NCBI GenBank assembly: GCA_964419615.1
Contig: CAYQPU010000002.1
Coordinates: forward strand, 9,778-73,777
Source: an uncultured Methanosarcinales archaeon
GTDB taxonomy: Archaea > Nanobdellota > Nanobdellia > Woesearchaeales > JAGVZT01
DNA: 64,000 nucleotides
Direction of reading: 5' to 3'
Position 1 is the stretch's first letter. Each line of letters starts with the position of its first letter. Of the stretch, positions 27,906-36,844 are shown one piece after another. Below the pieces are notes generated by a model. It was given only the letters and a program-made list of their open reading frames with translations. It searched no databases and was not told the DNA's origin. Made by a program: the position numbers and the translations under genes.

Positions 27906-29117
27906 TCAGAATAAAATAATATTTCTTTTAATACACTCTTGCTCAATATTATTTTTAATTTTATCAATATTAGGAACTTTTACCTGTTTTTTACTTTGTA
28001 AAGAGTCGATTTTCTCCTTAATATGCTCTAACCTATATTCAAGCTCCTTTAAAGACAAATTTGCCCCATCAGATTTAATAGACCTATTCAAACCTTCGTA
28101 TTCCTCATTTTTAACCTTAAAATCCCTGCTCAAATCACTCAAGTAACCAATGGAGAACTTATCAATAATTTGAATGCTTTTCTGAGCAATGCTTTCCTTA
28201 ACCTCCACTTTTTTATCAACAATCTGCTCTTTCAAATTCTGCAAAACATCAAAAATCTCTAACTGCTTATCCTTTAACAATGTTTCAAAAGGTCCTTGCA
28301 GATAAAGTTCTATTAATGCATGATCAAGACTCATCTTAGAATATTTTTTTAAAGGTCTCTGCAACACAGAAAAATCACTCACAACCTGATTTTTAATATT
28401 CTTTAATTTTTCTTCCATAGAATTTTTTTCTTCAAGTTTTGATAAATATTCCTTGTAAACGCTGCTGTTTTTATGAGACTTTAATTTTGACTCAATCTTT
28501 TTTAATTGTTTATTCAGTTTTTCATTCTCATCCTTAATTGCTGTGAAAACTTGGGCAGACTTCTTCTTTTGGCTTTTTGCATTCTCAAATTCCAAAACCA
28601 AATTTTTCAGCCTCATTAGCCTCTCTTTTTCAGGAGAACCAACCATAATTCTTTTGTGTAATTCATCAATAGTTCTTACATTATCAGCCACTTTACTCAC
28701 TTCATTTGCAAAAAACTCTTTTAGCACATAAAATGCCCTGGCAGTGGACTGACTATATGATTTTAGCTCTTCATCATATGTATCAAAACTAACTTCAATC
28801 TTTGAGAGATAATCTCTTGTCTTCTGAACATATGAATCCCTATTTCCCTGCATAATTTGAATAGTTCTTTGATTGATATCTGGATTATGTAATTTAGCTT
28901 TTTCCAGGGTATCAACATTCTTGTATGCATTCTTTATAATTACCAAAATTTTTTCACGTAACTTATGTTTCATCCCACCTAATTTGTCATTTATCTTCTC
29001 CTCTTCAGAATTAATCCAAGCTTCTAATTCCGAATACTTGATTTTTTTCTTAAGAAACGATATCATCATAAACCACCACAGTTTTCCTTTTACTCTTAAA
29101 GCCCTTAATAATCTCAA
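27906..29117 (-). CDS. Hypothetical coiled-coil protein
   Basis: 403 aa, K/E-rich with a heptad character. No catalytic motif. Confidence 0.25.
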   Translation of the reverse strand: MRLLRALRVKGKLWWFMMISFLKKKIKYSELEAWINSEEEKINDKLGGMKHKLREKILVIIKNAYKNVDTLEKAKLHNPDINQRTIQIMQGNRDSYVQKTRDYLSKIEVSFDTYDEELKSYSQSTARAFYVLKEFFANEVSKVADNVRTIDELHKRIMVGSPEKERLMRLKNLVLEFENAKSQKKKSAQVFTAIKDENEKLNKQLKKIESKLKSHKNSSVYKEYLSKLEEKNSMEEKLKNIKNQVVSDFSVLQRPLKKYSKMSLDHALIELYLQGPFETLLKDKQLEIFDVLQNLKEQIVDKKVEVKESIAQKSIQIIDKFSIGYLSDLSRDFKVKNEEYEGLNRSIKSDGANLSLKELEYRLEHIKEKIDSLQSKKQVKVPNIDKIKNNIEQECIKRNIILF

Positions 29118-29274
29118 CTGGCTTTTTAAAATAATCAGTCAATAAAATCACCAATTCCTGATTTGCTTTTCCCTTGATTGGCGCTGCCTTTAATTTCACC
29201 ACAAGTAATTCCTCTTTGTAACCCAAAACCTCGCTCTGCCTGGATTTTGGCTTAACAAGTATTTTTACTCTCAC
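29050..29274 (-). CDS. DUF167/YggU-family small protein
   Basis: 74 aa. VKLKAAPIKGKANQELVILLTDYF matches the KGKAN-E(L/V) signature of the UPF0235/YggU family. Confidence 0.5.
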   Translation of the reverse strand: MRVKILVKPKSRQSEVLGYKEELLVVKLKAAPIKGKANQELVILLTDYFKKPVEIIKGFKSKRKTVVVYDDIVS

Positions 29275-29327
29275 GATAATATAATATTAACACAAATTTT
29301 AAATAATTTGTCTTAAAATGAGGGGTT

Positions 29328-29927
29328 ATGGGAGATTACACTCAATCTACAGAGTATAGTGGCGCAGCTGCAGCCCTCTTAATAGTCATTAATCAGTTAA
29401 AGCCAAGCCATAAACTAACAAAACTAAATGAATTCAAAATATGGCTTTACTCTGTTAATTTACCCACTAGAGCATGTTCAATCTATGGTCTAGCAAGCTA
29501 CGCACTAACAAAAGGAGTGAAGTGTAGTATAATGGTAGGTAAGCAAGAGTACGATTTTCCAGATTATAGATTCAAAGGTTATAAAAAAGATGATATTGAA
29601 ATAGCCAAGTATACTGAAGACATACATCTACACAAATTCAAGGAATTGGGTGGAATCCTAGAGGAAAAAGCCATCACAATAGCTAAAGTCAAACAGATGC
29701 TTAAATCTAATAGGATACTAATCCTTAGAACTGATGCTGGTTCATTCAGAGACCTTAGACCCTCCTCAAATTACATTGTTGTTACTGGGTTTAGGAATAA
29801 GAGTTTTGAGATTCATGATCCATACCAAGGCAAAATAAACTTACGTGAGACTCAGATAGTGCAGTGTTTTGAAGATTTGGTAGTCAAGAGAAAAAGAGAC
29901 CCTAGAATGATAATATTCTCAAAATAA
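29328..29927 (+). CDS. Peptidase C39-like domain protein with substituted catalytic positions
   Basis: YSGAAAALLIVINQL lies where C39 enzymes have CGxAALxMV (Ser replaces Cys). NYIVVTGF...EIHDPYQG resembles HYVVL....I.DP but with Asn replacing His. Confidence 0.3.
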   Translation: MGDYTQSTEYSGAAAALLIVINQLKPSHKLTKLNEFKIWLYSVNLPTRACSIYGLASYALTKGVKCSIMVGKQEYDFPDYRFKGYKKDDIEIAKYTEDIHLHKFKELGGILEEKAITIAKVKQMLKSNRILILRTDAGSFRDLRPSSNYIVVTGFRNKSFEIHDPYQGKINLRETQIVQCFEDLVVKRKRDPRMIIFSK

Positions 29928-29940
29928 TATTCGCTCTATT

Positions 29941-31266
29941 CTAAAGATGCTGAGTTTTTCGTTTGGAATACTGAACCGGATTTTTAATCCTCTTGCATAA
30001 ATTATCAGGCTTGCAAATTCGTATATCTGCATAATAAGACAAATTTTGACAATTAGGGGGGAGTATTGCTTGTTTTCTATGCTTTCTATATTTGATCTGA
30101 CCTTCCAAAATAGTTGGTTTTAATGGCTCTTCATTTTTTTTATTCCAAGCCCTGGCTCTTTGTTCAATTTGCTCAAAACTCCAGCCACAACTCTTTAGAA
30201 AATTCATCATACAAAACAAAAACCTTTTTCTCCCATCTTTTAAGCCCTTCATACCCAAACACATACAAGGAGGAAAAAACTTCTCAGGAATAGCGATTTC
30301 AGGAATCTCAACAACTTTTTCTTCCTTTGGTTTAACATAATGCTTAACTTGATAATCAAATGCTTGCACTATCAATTGTCTGGCTTCTCCTTGCATTAAA
30401 GTTGAATCATTTAAAAATTTGAATTCTCCAACTTTCACATTCTCAGGCTTAGCCATCTCCTTTGAAAAATCTGCCACTTTATTTGGATCAATTGGAATTG
30501 ATACCAATCTTGATTTTTCATGTAAAGAATATGGCATTCGATAAAGATGCCTGCTTGAAATAAGTACAGTATCAATCTCTAAAAAAGCATCAACATTAAG
30601 TTTTTTTATCCTTAATCCAGACTTTGTTTTTGACAAAGCTGTAACCTTTCCTGGATCAAGATTAACTCTCTGTGCAATCTTGTCTAAATCATTACATTCA
30701 AAGTCCATAATCTTTTTTTCAAGCTCAGGTTGAATCATATCTCGAAGATAAAGGGCAATTGCCCTTGCTCCATCGGGAAACAAAGTTTTGGTTTTCCTTC
30801 CTGTAACCTCCTCAGGGAATGCATTAAATGGAACTCCTAAATGAAATCCCTTATTTCCTGAGAACTTACAACTAACAGACTTAATATTATAATATTGTAG
30901 TGCTTTAACAAGCAATTCAGCTGCAAATTTGGAATAGTCAACCGAAGCACAATCAATATCCAAAACAAGGTCCCACCCTGCTCTTTGTTCCTCTAATTGC
31001 TTCCTACTAAGTGAAACATCCAACTGTAAAGGATTATTCCATATCTCTTCAGATGCATGAAATGAAGTTGCTCCCTGCTTTGCAGCTTCAAAAACATCTA
31101 AGGGATACTGCAGAATATCCGGTCTTTTTCCAAAACCCCTATCTCCGTATCTTGTGGCTATTTCCTTGCCCTTTGCAGCTTCACAAATAGCATCCTGAAT
31201 GTCCTTTCTTTTATAATGTTTAATTGCAGTGCTAATTAAAAGCATGCTCTGGCTAAAGATTCTCAC
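29941..31266 (-). CDS. DNA primase: PriS catalytic core fused to a PriL-CTD-like Fe-S module
   Basis: WDLVLDIDC (DxD) and SGNKGFHLGV are PriS motifs. The C-terminal FPPCMCLGMKGLKDGRKRFLFCMMNFLKSCGW has 4 Cys and a PPCM motif like the PriL C-terminal domain. 441 aa. Confidence 0.55.
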   Translation of the reverse strand: MRIFSQSMLLISTAIKHYKRKDIQDAICEAAKGKEIATRYGDRGFGKRPDILQYPLDVFEAAKQGATSFHASEEIWNNPLQLDVSLSRKQLEEQRAGWDLVLDIDCASVDYSKFAAELLVKALQYYNIKSVSCKFSGNKGFHLGVPFNAFPEEVTGRKTKTLFPDGARAIALYLRDMIQPELEKKIMDFECNDLDKIAQRVNLDPGKVTALSKTKSGLRIKKLNVDAFLEIDTVLISSRHLYRMPYSLHEKSRLVSIPIDPNKVADFSKEMAKPENVKVGEFKFLNDSTLMQGEARQLIVQAFDYQVKHYVKPKEEKVVEIPEIAIPEKFFPPCMCLGMKGLKDGRKRFLFCMMNFLKSCGWSFEQIEQRARAWNKKNEEPLKPTILEGQIKYRKHRKQAILPPNCQNLSYYADIRICKPDNLCKRIKNPVQYSKRKTQHL

Positions 31267-31358
31267 ATTTAATAGTTTTTGGGTTAAAAATAAAAATACA
31301 ATGCAAATTATCCTGATAAATAAAACACTATTTAAACTTTAAAAACAATTACACAAAA

Positions 31359-31691
31359 ATGGATGATTTCAAAGATTTACAAGATTGGGCAAATAAACTA
31401 GCAATGAGCAAATTATTAGTTATTGTAGAAGGTAAAAATGACATTAAGGCTTTAAACAAATTAGGGGTAACAAACATTAGAGAACTAAAAAAACCACTAT
31501 ATGCTGAAGTAGAATCAATAGCAAGCCTTGCAATAAGGGTGGTAATTCTAACTGATTGTGACAAAGAAGGTAAGAAACTGTATGGCAAACTAAAAAAAGA
31601 CTTGAATAAACTCGGAGTAAAAATTGATGGCCAATATAGAGAATTTTTGTTAAAGTCTGGTTACAGTCACATTGAAGGACTAAAATCATAA
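31359..31691 (+). CDS. Small Toprim-domain protein
   Basis: LLVIVEGKNDIKAL (Toprim Glu) and VVILTDCDKEGKKL (DxD). 110 aa; divergent from the primase gene. Confidence 0.5.
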   Translation: MDDFKDLQDWANKLAMSKLLVIVEGKNDIKALNKLGVTNIRELKKPLYAEVESIASLAIRVVILTDCDKEGKKLYGKLKKDLNKLGVKIDGQYREFLLKSGYSHIEGLKS

Positions 31692-31736
31692 ATTATATAA
31701 ACTACATATTTATAAATAGCTTAAAAGAGGGGAAAT

Positions 31737-34700
31737 ATGCGTTTGAATAAATACTTATTAATAGCATTAATTCTACTTATACTAACTTACACAGCCTATG
31801 CAGATACAGTATGTTGCCAATATGATGTACCAGGCGGAGGTACAAGCTGGGTTTCAGCAGATTGTGCGGACAGCAGTTGCTCATATGATTTAACATGCAG
31901 TGTGGAAGGGGATTATTCATTCCAAGTATATAATGTTGAAGCAGCACAAGCACAGGCAACAACACCTGCCTCATGTAATTGCATATCATCCAACATCGGA
32001 GGAGGATATGGCTGCTGCCAGCCAGGTGGAGGTACTGATTGTGTTGATGCAGGTGGATCATGTCAAAGTGCAGGAGCCTGTAGTGGGACTTACTTATGTG
32101 GAGGACAAGGAGGATCAACACCTAATGATTGGGAAGATTGCTCAAACACACCTGCAACAGATACAGATGCAGGTGACACTCCAGGAACAGCTGGGACATG
32201 CTCAGTTTACTCATCTTGTTCTGGTGGAGCATGTACAAGTTCAGACTATGCAGATACTTGTGGTTCAACAACTAGCTTAACCGAATATTATAATAGTGCT
32301 AATACCTGCTTGTCTAGATCATACCTTTGTGTAGATTTTGAACAAGTAGCAACAGGAGGAACATCAAATGATCCATCAACAACTTCAACTTGTATAGGTG
32401 GTGTTTCAGCAGAGTGCTCATCAAACACTTTTTCAACCATTAATCAGGTGAATAACACAGATTTTTGTGTTGATCCTTCTGACTGTTATTTTAATGGAGG
32501 TGCAGGTGGGGGAAATTGTGATTTCAGGGAATATTATTCAGAAGATTCAGCTGATGCCTGCACGGGAATTGATGCTTGCACAGGAACGCAAGATTATGAT
32601 CCAGACACTAATTCTAATACTTGTAATGAATGTGTTGGTGCAACTAAATGGGCATTAAATGGTGAAGTAGCTCAATTAGATTGCTGTGGTGATGACTCGG
32701 GGGAAAACTATCTTTATTATGAACAATATTCAGCAGATGGTTGTAATGATATCACAAATGAAGACTGCGTTGGTTTAGATGATGATGGTACTGACAATAG
32801 TTGTTGTGATACTTCAACAGATTGTGTTTTGGGAAATTCCTGTTATAATGCAGGATTTGGTCCAGTTGACTTGGATGGGGACGGAGTTGATGGTGAATTT
32901 TGCAGATCAGGTGGAAACACCTGGCAAGACTGTGATGCAAGTGAAGGATTCTGTACTAGTTCCAGTTGTGGCTCAAAAACCTGGATTACAGGAGGAGAAT
33001 CGTCTCAATTTGGGGAATATGACTCTGGTTCTGAAACAGAATGTTGTGAAGATGATTCAGGAGAGTATTTTCTTGAAAATTTAAATGTTTCAACACAAGC
33101 ATGTTGTGGGGAATCAAACAATTGTGTTGATAATGCAAGCCAATGTATTAATGATGGTCAACCAGGATTTTTAATATCTGATGGTGGGAGAGATCAAATA
33201 GCTGTGTGTAATGGTGGGACTCCTCCAACATATGAAGAATGTGATGATTCTGAATCTTTATGTAATGTATGTGCGGGTGTAGGCTCAACCACTTGGTCAA
33301 CTGCAGGTGAAACTTGTGGTGAATATGGAAGTTCAGCAGATGGAGGAGATGGCATAACAGAATGTTGTGGTGATGATGCTATTGAATTTTATGTCACAAC
33401 AGGTGTTGGGTCTGGAAGTTGCTGTGATGCAGCATCAGATTGTGTAGATTCTAACAATACATGTTTCACTGGAACTGAAATTTGCCAGGCTCCAACAAAT
33501 CCTGCTCTATATGCAGATGAGGACTGTGACGGAGAAACAGATTATGATAGTCAAGACGGATATATTGGTGATGCAAGCTGCCCAGTACAAATAATAAACA
33601 TAGACCTTAATGAAACAATAGCTCGGATTGGATCGCAATTTGAAGTTAATTGCACTGTAACTCCGGCTGGAGTAAACTCTGTGGATGTTCAAGTATCAAA
33701 TGGTTCATGTAATTGGAGAAGTTGGGACTTATCAGCAGGAATTGCCACATTTGATTGTGTTCACACTTCATGCAGTGCAAGTACATCTGTGACTTGTACA
33801 GTCAACGCATCAAGAAGTACTCAAACAGGAATTGATCAAGCTGATGCAATAACTATATGCTCCTTAGATGGAGGAGATTGCCTAGGTTGTCCTTGCTGTG
33901 TAGACTTTGCATGTGATGATGACTATAACAAATGTGTCAGTTGTAGAGTGGATAGTGTTCAAGATAGACCACCTATTTTTTATGGAGGCGGATTATGTGA
34001 AGATGCCTCACCATTAGTTGATTGCTATGCTAATTCATCTTGTGATGAGCTTGACACATTAGAATGTATTGACATAAGTACAATTTGTAATAATACCTGT
34101 CAGCCAGCAAACAGGGATCTATCTGAAGAATTTTGCATTGATAACACTGGCTGCGTGCAGTTGAACTGGAATTTAACTGGAGAAAAAGCAGCGCATGGAG
34201 AATATGAAGGTTCTCAACCAACACCTGAATGCTGTGGGGATGATGCAGGTGAAACATTTAGATACAGAGAAATTGCAAGCTACTCTGGTTCAAATCAAGT
34301 GGTAGATTCATATAGTATTTCAACTGATATAAAAGATTCGGCATGTTGCAATGATGTAACAGATTGTGTTTTTGAAGGAGTTTGCTATAGAGACTTTGAT
34401 GAAGTCTATACAATCAACATAGGTTCAGCTGAAAAATCAACCTGTGAAGGATTAAGCAAACATGATTGTAGAAAAATAGAATCCTGCTTTTGGAGAAATG
34501 ATGCATGCGTTTACAATGTAAGACTTGATTCCACATATGGTACAATTGTATACAATGATGTAAATAAAGATGGATATGACGAAGTATGTGATCCTGGTGA
34601 ATGGATGGTTGGAGATCTTAATTCATCATTTTACGGATTTGTATACAATGTTACACTTGGCGGGATTCAAGGAGCAACAGTGCAGATATCAGGTGTATCT

Positions 34701-35198
34701 GAATTATCTAATGCAACATATCACTTCAATGGTACCACAGATATAAACGGCTATTATGATATTGAAGTATTTGGAAACGGAACTTATGATATAATTGTAA
34801 CAAAATCATTATTTGGTACTGATACAGAAATCAACAGATATATTGGAATGTTTGACGACATAGAAATAAACTTTACATTAATGGATGCACATGAACAATG
34901 CGAACCGGATTGTACATATCAAGGAGATAGCATATGTCACACTGATTGCAATTCTAAATTGGGGTGCAGCTTTTTTGATAACAATACATTATCACTATGT
35001 GCAGGAAAACAAAGTGGATGGACAGTTGATTACAATGGCAGCCATGCAGTAGATTGTTGTGAAAGTCAACCATATGAAAGTAAAGAACTTAAAATAATTG
35101 ATACAGACACAACACTCATCTCAGATCTTGTGAGATTAGTAAGAGTTGTATTCTTTAAAGGTAAGCCAGTAAAGATGGTAATAGATGTGTTTAGGTAG
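31737..35198 (+). CDS. Giant Cys-rich secreted/surface protein with repeated (E/D)CCGDD modules and a carboxypeptidase-regulatory-like beta domain near the C-terminus
   Basis: Signal peptide MRLNKYLLIALILLILTYTAYA. At least six CCGDD/ECCEDD/ECCGDDAGE repeats with regularly spaced Cys. YGFVYNVTLGGIQGATVQISGV...TDINGYYDIEV resembles CarboxypepD_reg. Many N-x-S/T sequons. 1153 aa. Confidence 0.5.
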   Translation: MRLNKYLLIALILLILTYTAYADTVCCQYDVPGGGTSWVSADCADSSCSYDLTCSVEGDYSFQVYNVEAAQAQATTPASCNCISSNIGGGYGCCQPGGGTDCVDAGGSCQSAGACSGTYLCGGQGGSTPNDWEDCSNTPATDTDAGDTPGTAGTCSVYSSCSGGACTSSDYADTCGSTTSLTEYYNSANTCLSRSYLCVDFEQVATGGTSNDPSTTSTCIGGVSAECSSNTFSTINQVNNTDFCVDPSDCYFNGGAGGGNCDFREYYSEDSADACTGIDACTGTQDYDPDTNSNTCNECVGATKWALNGEVAQLDCCGDDSGENYLYYEQYSADGCNDITNEDCVGLDDDGTDNSCCDTSTDCVLGNSCYNAGFGPVDLDGDGVDGEFCRSGGNTWQDCDASEGFCTSSSCGSKTWITGGESSQFGEYDSGSETECCEDDSGEYFLENLNVSTQACCGESNNCVDNASQCINDGQPGFLISDGGRDQIAVCNGGTPPTYEECDDSESLCNVCAGVGSTTWSTAGETCGEYGSSADGGDGITECCGDDAIEFYVTTGVGSGSCCDAASDCVDSNNTCFTGTEICQAPTNPALYADEDCDGETDYDSQDGYIGDASCPVQIINIDLNETIARIGSQFEVNCTVTPAGVNSVDVQVSNGSCNWRSWDLSAGIATFDCVHTSCSASTSVTCTVNASRSTQTGIDQADAITICSLDGGDCLGCPCCVDFACDDDYNKCVSCRVDSVQDRPPIFYGGGLCEDASPLVDCYANSSCDELDTLECIDISTICNNTCQPANRDLSEEFCIDNTGCVQLNWNLTGEKAAHGEYEGSQPTPECCGDDAGETFRYREIASYSGSNQVVDSYSISTDIKDSACCNDVTDCVFEGVCYRDFDEVYTINIGSAEKSTCEGLSKHDCRKIESCFWRNDACVYNVRLDSTYGTIVYNDVNKDGYDEVCDPGEWMVGDLNSSFYGFVYNVTLGGIQGATVQISGVSELSNATYHFNGTTDINGYYDIEVFGNGTYDIIVTKSLFGTDTEINRYIGMFDDIEINFTLMDAHEQCEPDCTYQGDSICHTDCNSKLGCSFFDNNTLSLCAGKQSGWTVDYNGSHAVDCCESQPYESKELKIIDTDTTLISDLVRLVRVVFFKGKPVKMVIDVFR

Positions 35199-35218
35199 CT
35201 GATTCTTTCTGTGTTAAA

Positions 35219-35366
35219 TTAGTTACACCTTAGCCATCTGTGTGAGTGAGACCTAAATCATTACCAAAGTCAAAATGGAACAGTTAGTCAATATTCTAGC
35301 CAAATCAGGTAACTAACTCATAAAACAAATAACAAACTGGCTCACGAACTGGCTTGGTGTAACTAA
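35219..35366 (-). ncRNA. Copy 3 (inverted orientation) of the ~150-nt structured repeat element
   Basis: The reverse complement reads ttagttacaccaagccagttcgtgagccagtttgtta...actaactgttcc...ttaggtctcactcacacagatggctaaggtgtaactaa. It matches copies 1 and 2 block for block, and its terminal helix sequence differs but remains complementary. Confidence 0.4.
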
Positions 35367-35553
35367 TCAGCTTTTGTAAACAAAACATTTAATAATGCAC
35401 TCAGCTTACCTGTTCCTATGAAGCACACAATTAACTTTAGATGTTGTTGTTAGAACTAGCTTCATTGATATTCTATTTTATTTTAAAAATAATAAATAAT
35501 ACTTTAATCACATACAGGAGGTAAACAAATGAAATATAAATTAACAACAAAGG

Positions 35554-35961
35554 GTGAGTATCCCTGCAGAAGCATACCAGCTTCTAAAAGTAAAAGAGCT
35601 CAAAGAGCATGAGCAAATTAATAGAAAACACCATGTAAAAATCATTAAAGAGATACAGAAAAATAGATATGTCATACCAATTATTGTTGATTCAAAACAT
35701 AAAATAATTCTTGATGGACATCATAGATTTAATGCAATAAAAAGATTGGGCTACAAAGACATACCTGCTGTTATTGTTGATTATGAGAGTTCAGATGTGC
35801 AAGTTGCTTCTTGGAGAAACAATATCATTGTAACAAAATCTGATGTAATTAGGAGAGGCTTGAATAAAGACTTGTATCCCCCAAAAACATCAAGACACAC
35901 AATAAGGAATCTACCACAAATTAGGATACCATTAAAATTATTGGAGGTAACAAATGAATAA
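35554..35961 (+). CDS. ParB/Sulfiredoxin-like nuclease-domain protein
   Basis: IPIIVDSKHKIILDGHHRFNAIKRLGYKDIPAVIV carries the DGHHR-type ParB N-terminal domain signature. 135 aa. Confidence 0.5.
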   Translation: MSIPAEAYQLLKVKELKEHEQINRKHHVKIIKEIQKNRYVIPIIVDSKHKIILDGHHRFNAIKRLGYKDIPAVIVDYESSDVQVASWRNNIIVTKSDVIRRGLNKDLYPPKTSRHTIRNLPQIRIPLKLLEVTNE

Positions 35962-36838
35962 TATAATTGAATTAATAGGAAACACACCTGTTGTAGAGAT
36001 AAACAAGCTAAATCCAAACAAAAAAGTTAGGGTATTTGCAAAACTAGAAGGATACAATCCTGGCGGATCAGTAAAAGACAGAATTGCTTTATCCATGATA
36101 GAAGCTGCAGAAAAAAGTGGAGAATTAACTTTAGATAAAGTGATACTTGAACCAACCTCAGGAAACACAGGTATTGGTTTAGCCATGGTTGCAGCTATAA
36201 AGGGATGCAAAACAGTTCTTGTGATGTCAAATGGAATGAGTGAAGAGCGAAAGCAAATGCTTTATGCATTTGGAGCAGAAATTGTGCAGACAGATCCTGA
36301 ATTAGGAACAGATGGGGCAATAAAAAAAGCTCATGAGATGCTAACAGAAAATCCTGAAAAATATTGGATGCCAAATCAGTTTGATAACAAAGCAAATATA
36401 CTTGCACATTATAACGGTACAGCAGTTGAAATTATAGAAGGTGTACCTGAAATAACACATTTTGTTGCAGGAATGGGAACTTCAGGAACCCTAATGGGTA
36501 CTGGTAAACGACTTAGAGAGTATAATCCAGAGGTTAAAATCATCGGAATAGAACCAGAACCTCTTCATGCTATTCAAGGGTTAAAGAACATGGGTGAAGC
36601 AATAGTTCCAGGTATCTATGAAGAAAATAAACTAGATTGGAAGATTGAAGTAAGAACAGAAGATGCTTATGAAACAGCTAGACAATTAGCGTTGCAGGAA
36701 GGAATATTTGTTGGAATGAGTTCAGGTGCAGCAATGTATGGGGCAATGAATGTGGCAAATTCATTAAACAAAGGCACAATTGTGGTAATATTTCCAGATG
36801 GTGGAGAAAAATATTTAAGCACTCCCTTATTCAGGTGA
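35954..36838 (+). CDS. cysK: Cysteine synthase / O-acetylserine sulfhydrylase-family PLP enzyme (CysK/CysM/CBS-like)
   Basis: GGSVKDRIALSMI (PLP lysine), TSGNTGIGLA and GMGTSGTLMG. 294 aa. Confidence 0.75.
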   Translation: MNNIIELIGNTPVVEINKLNPNKKVRVFAKLEGYNPGGSVKDRIALSMIEAAEKSGELTLDKVILEPTSGNTGIGLAMVAAIKGCKTVLVMSNGMSEERKQMLYAFGAEIVQTDPELGTDGAIKKAHEMLTENPEKYWMPNQFDNKANILAHYNGTAVEIIEGVPEITHFVAGMGTSGTLMGTGKRLREYNPEVKIIGIEPEPLHAIQGLKNMGEAIVPGIYEENKLDWKIEVRTEDAYETARQLALQEGIFVGMSSGAAMYGAMNVANSLNKGTIVVIFPDGGEKYLSTPLFR

Positions 36839-36844
36839 TATAAA

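Noticed and set aside
31777-33084. Several 60-126-aa ORFs on both strands inside the 1153-aa Cys-rich gene
   Set aside because: Antisense or out-of-frame ORFs nested within a long, well-supported ORF. Their H/Q/L-rich translations are typical of spurious frames in AT-rich, repeat-containing coding DNA.
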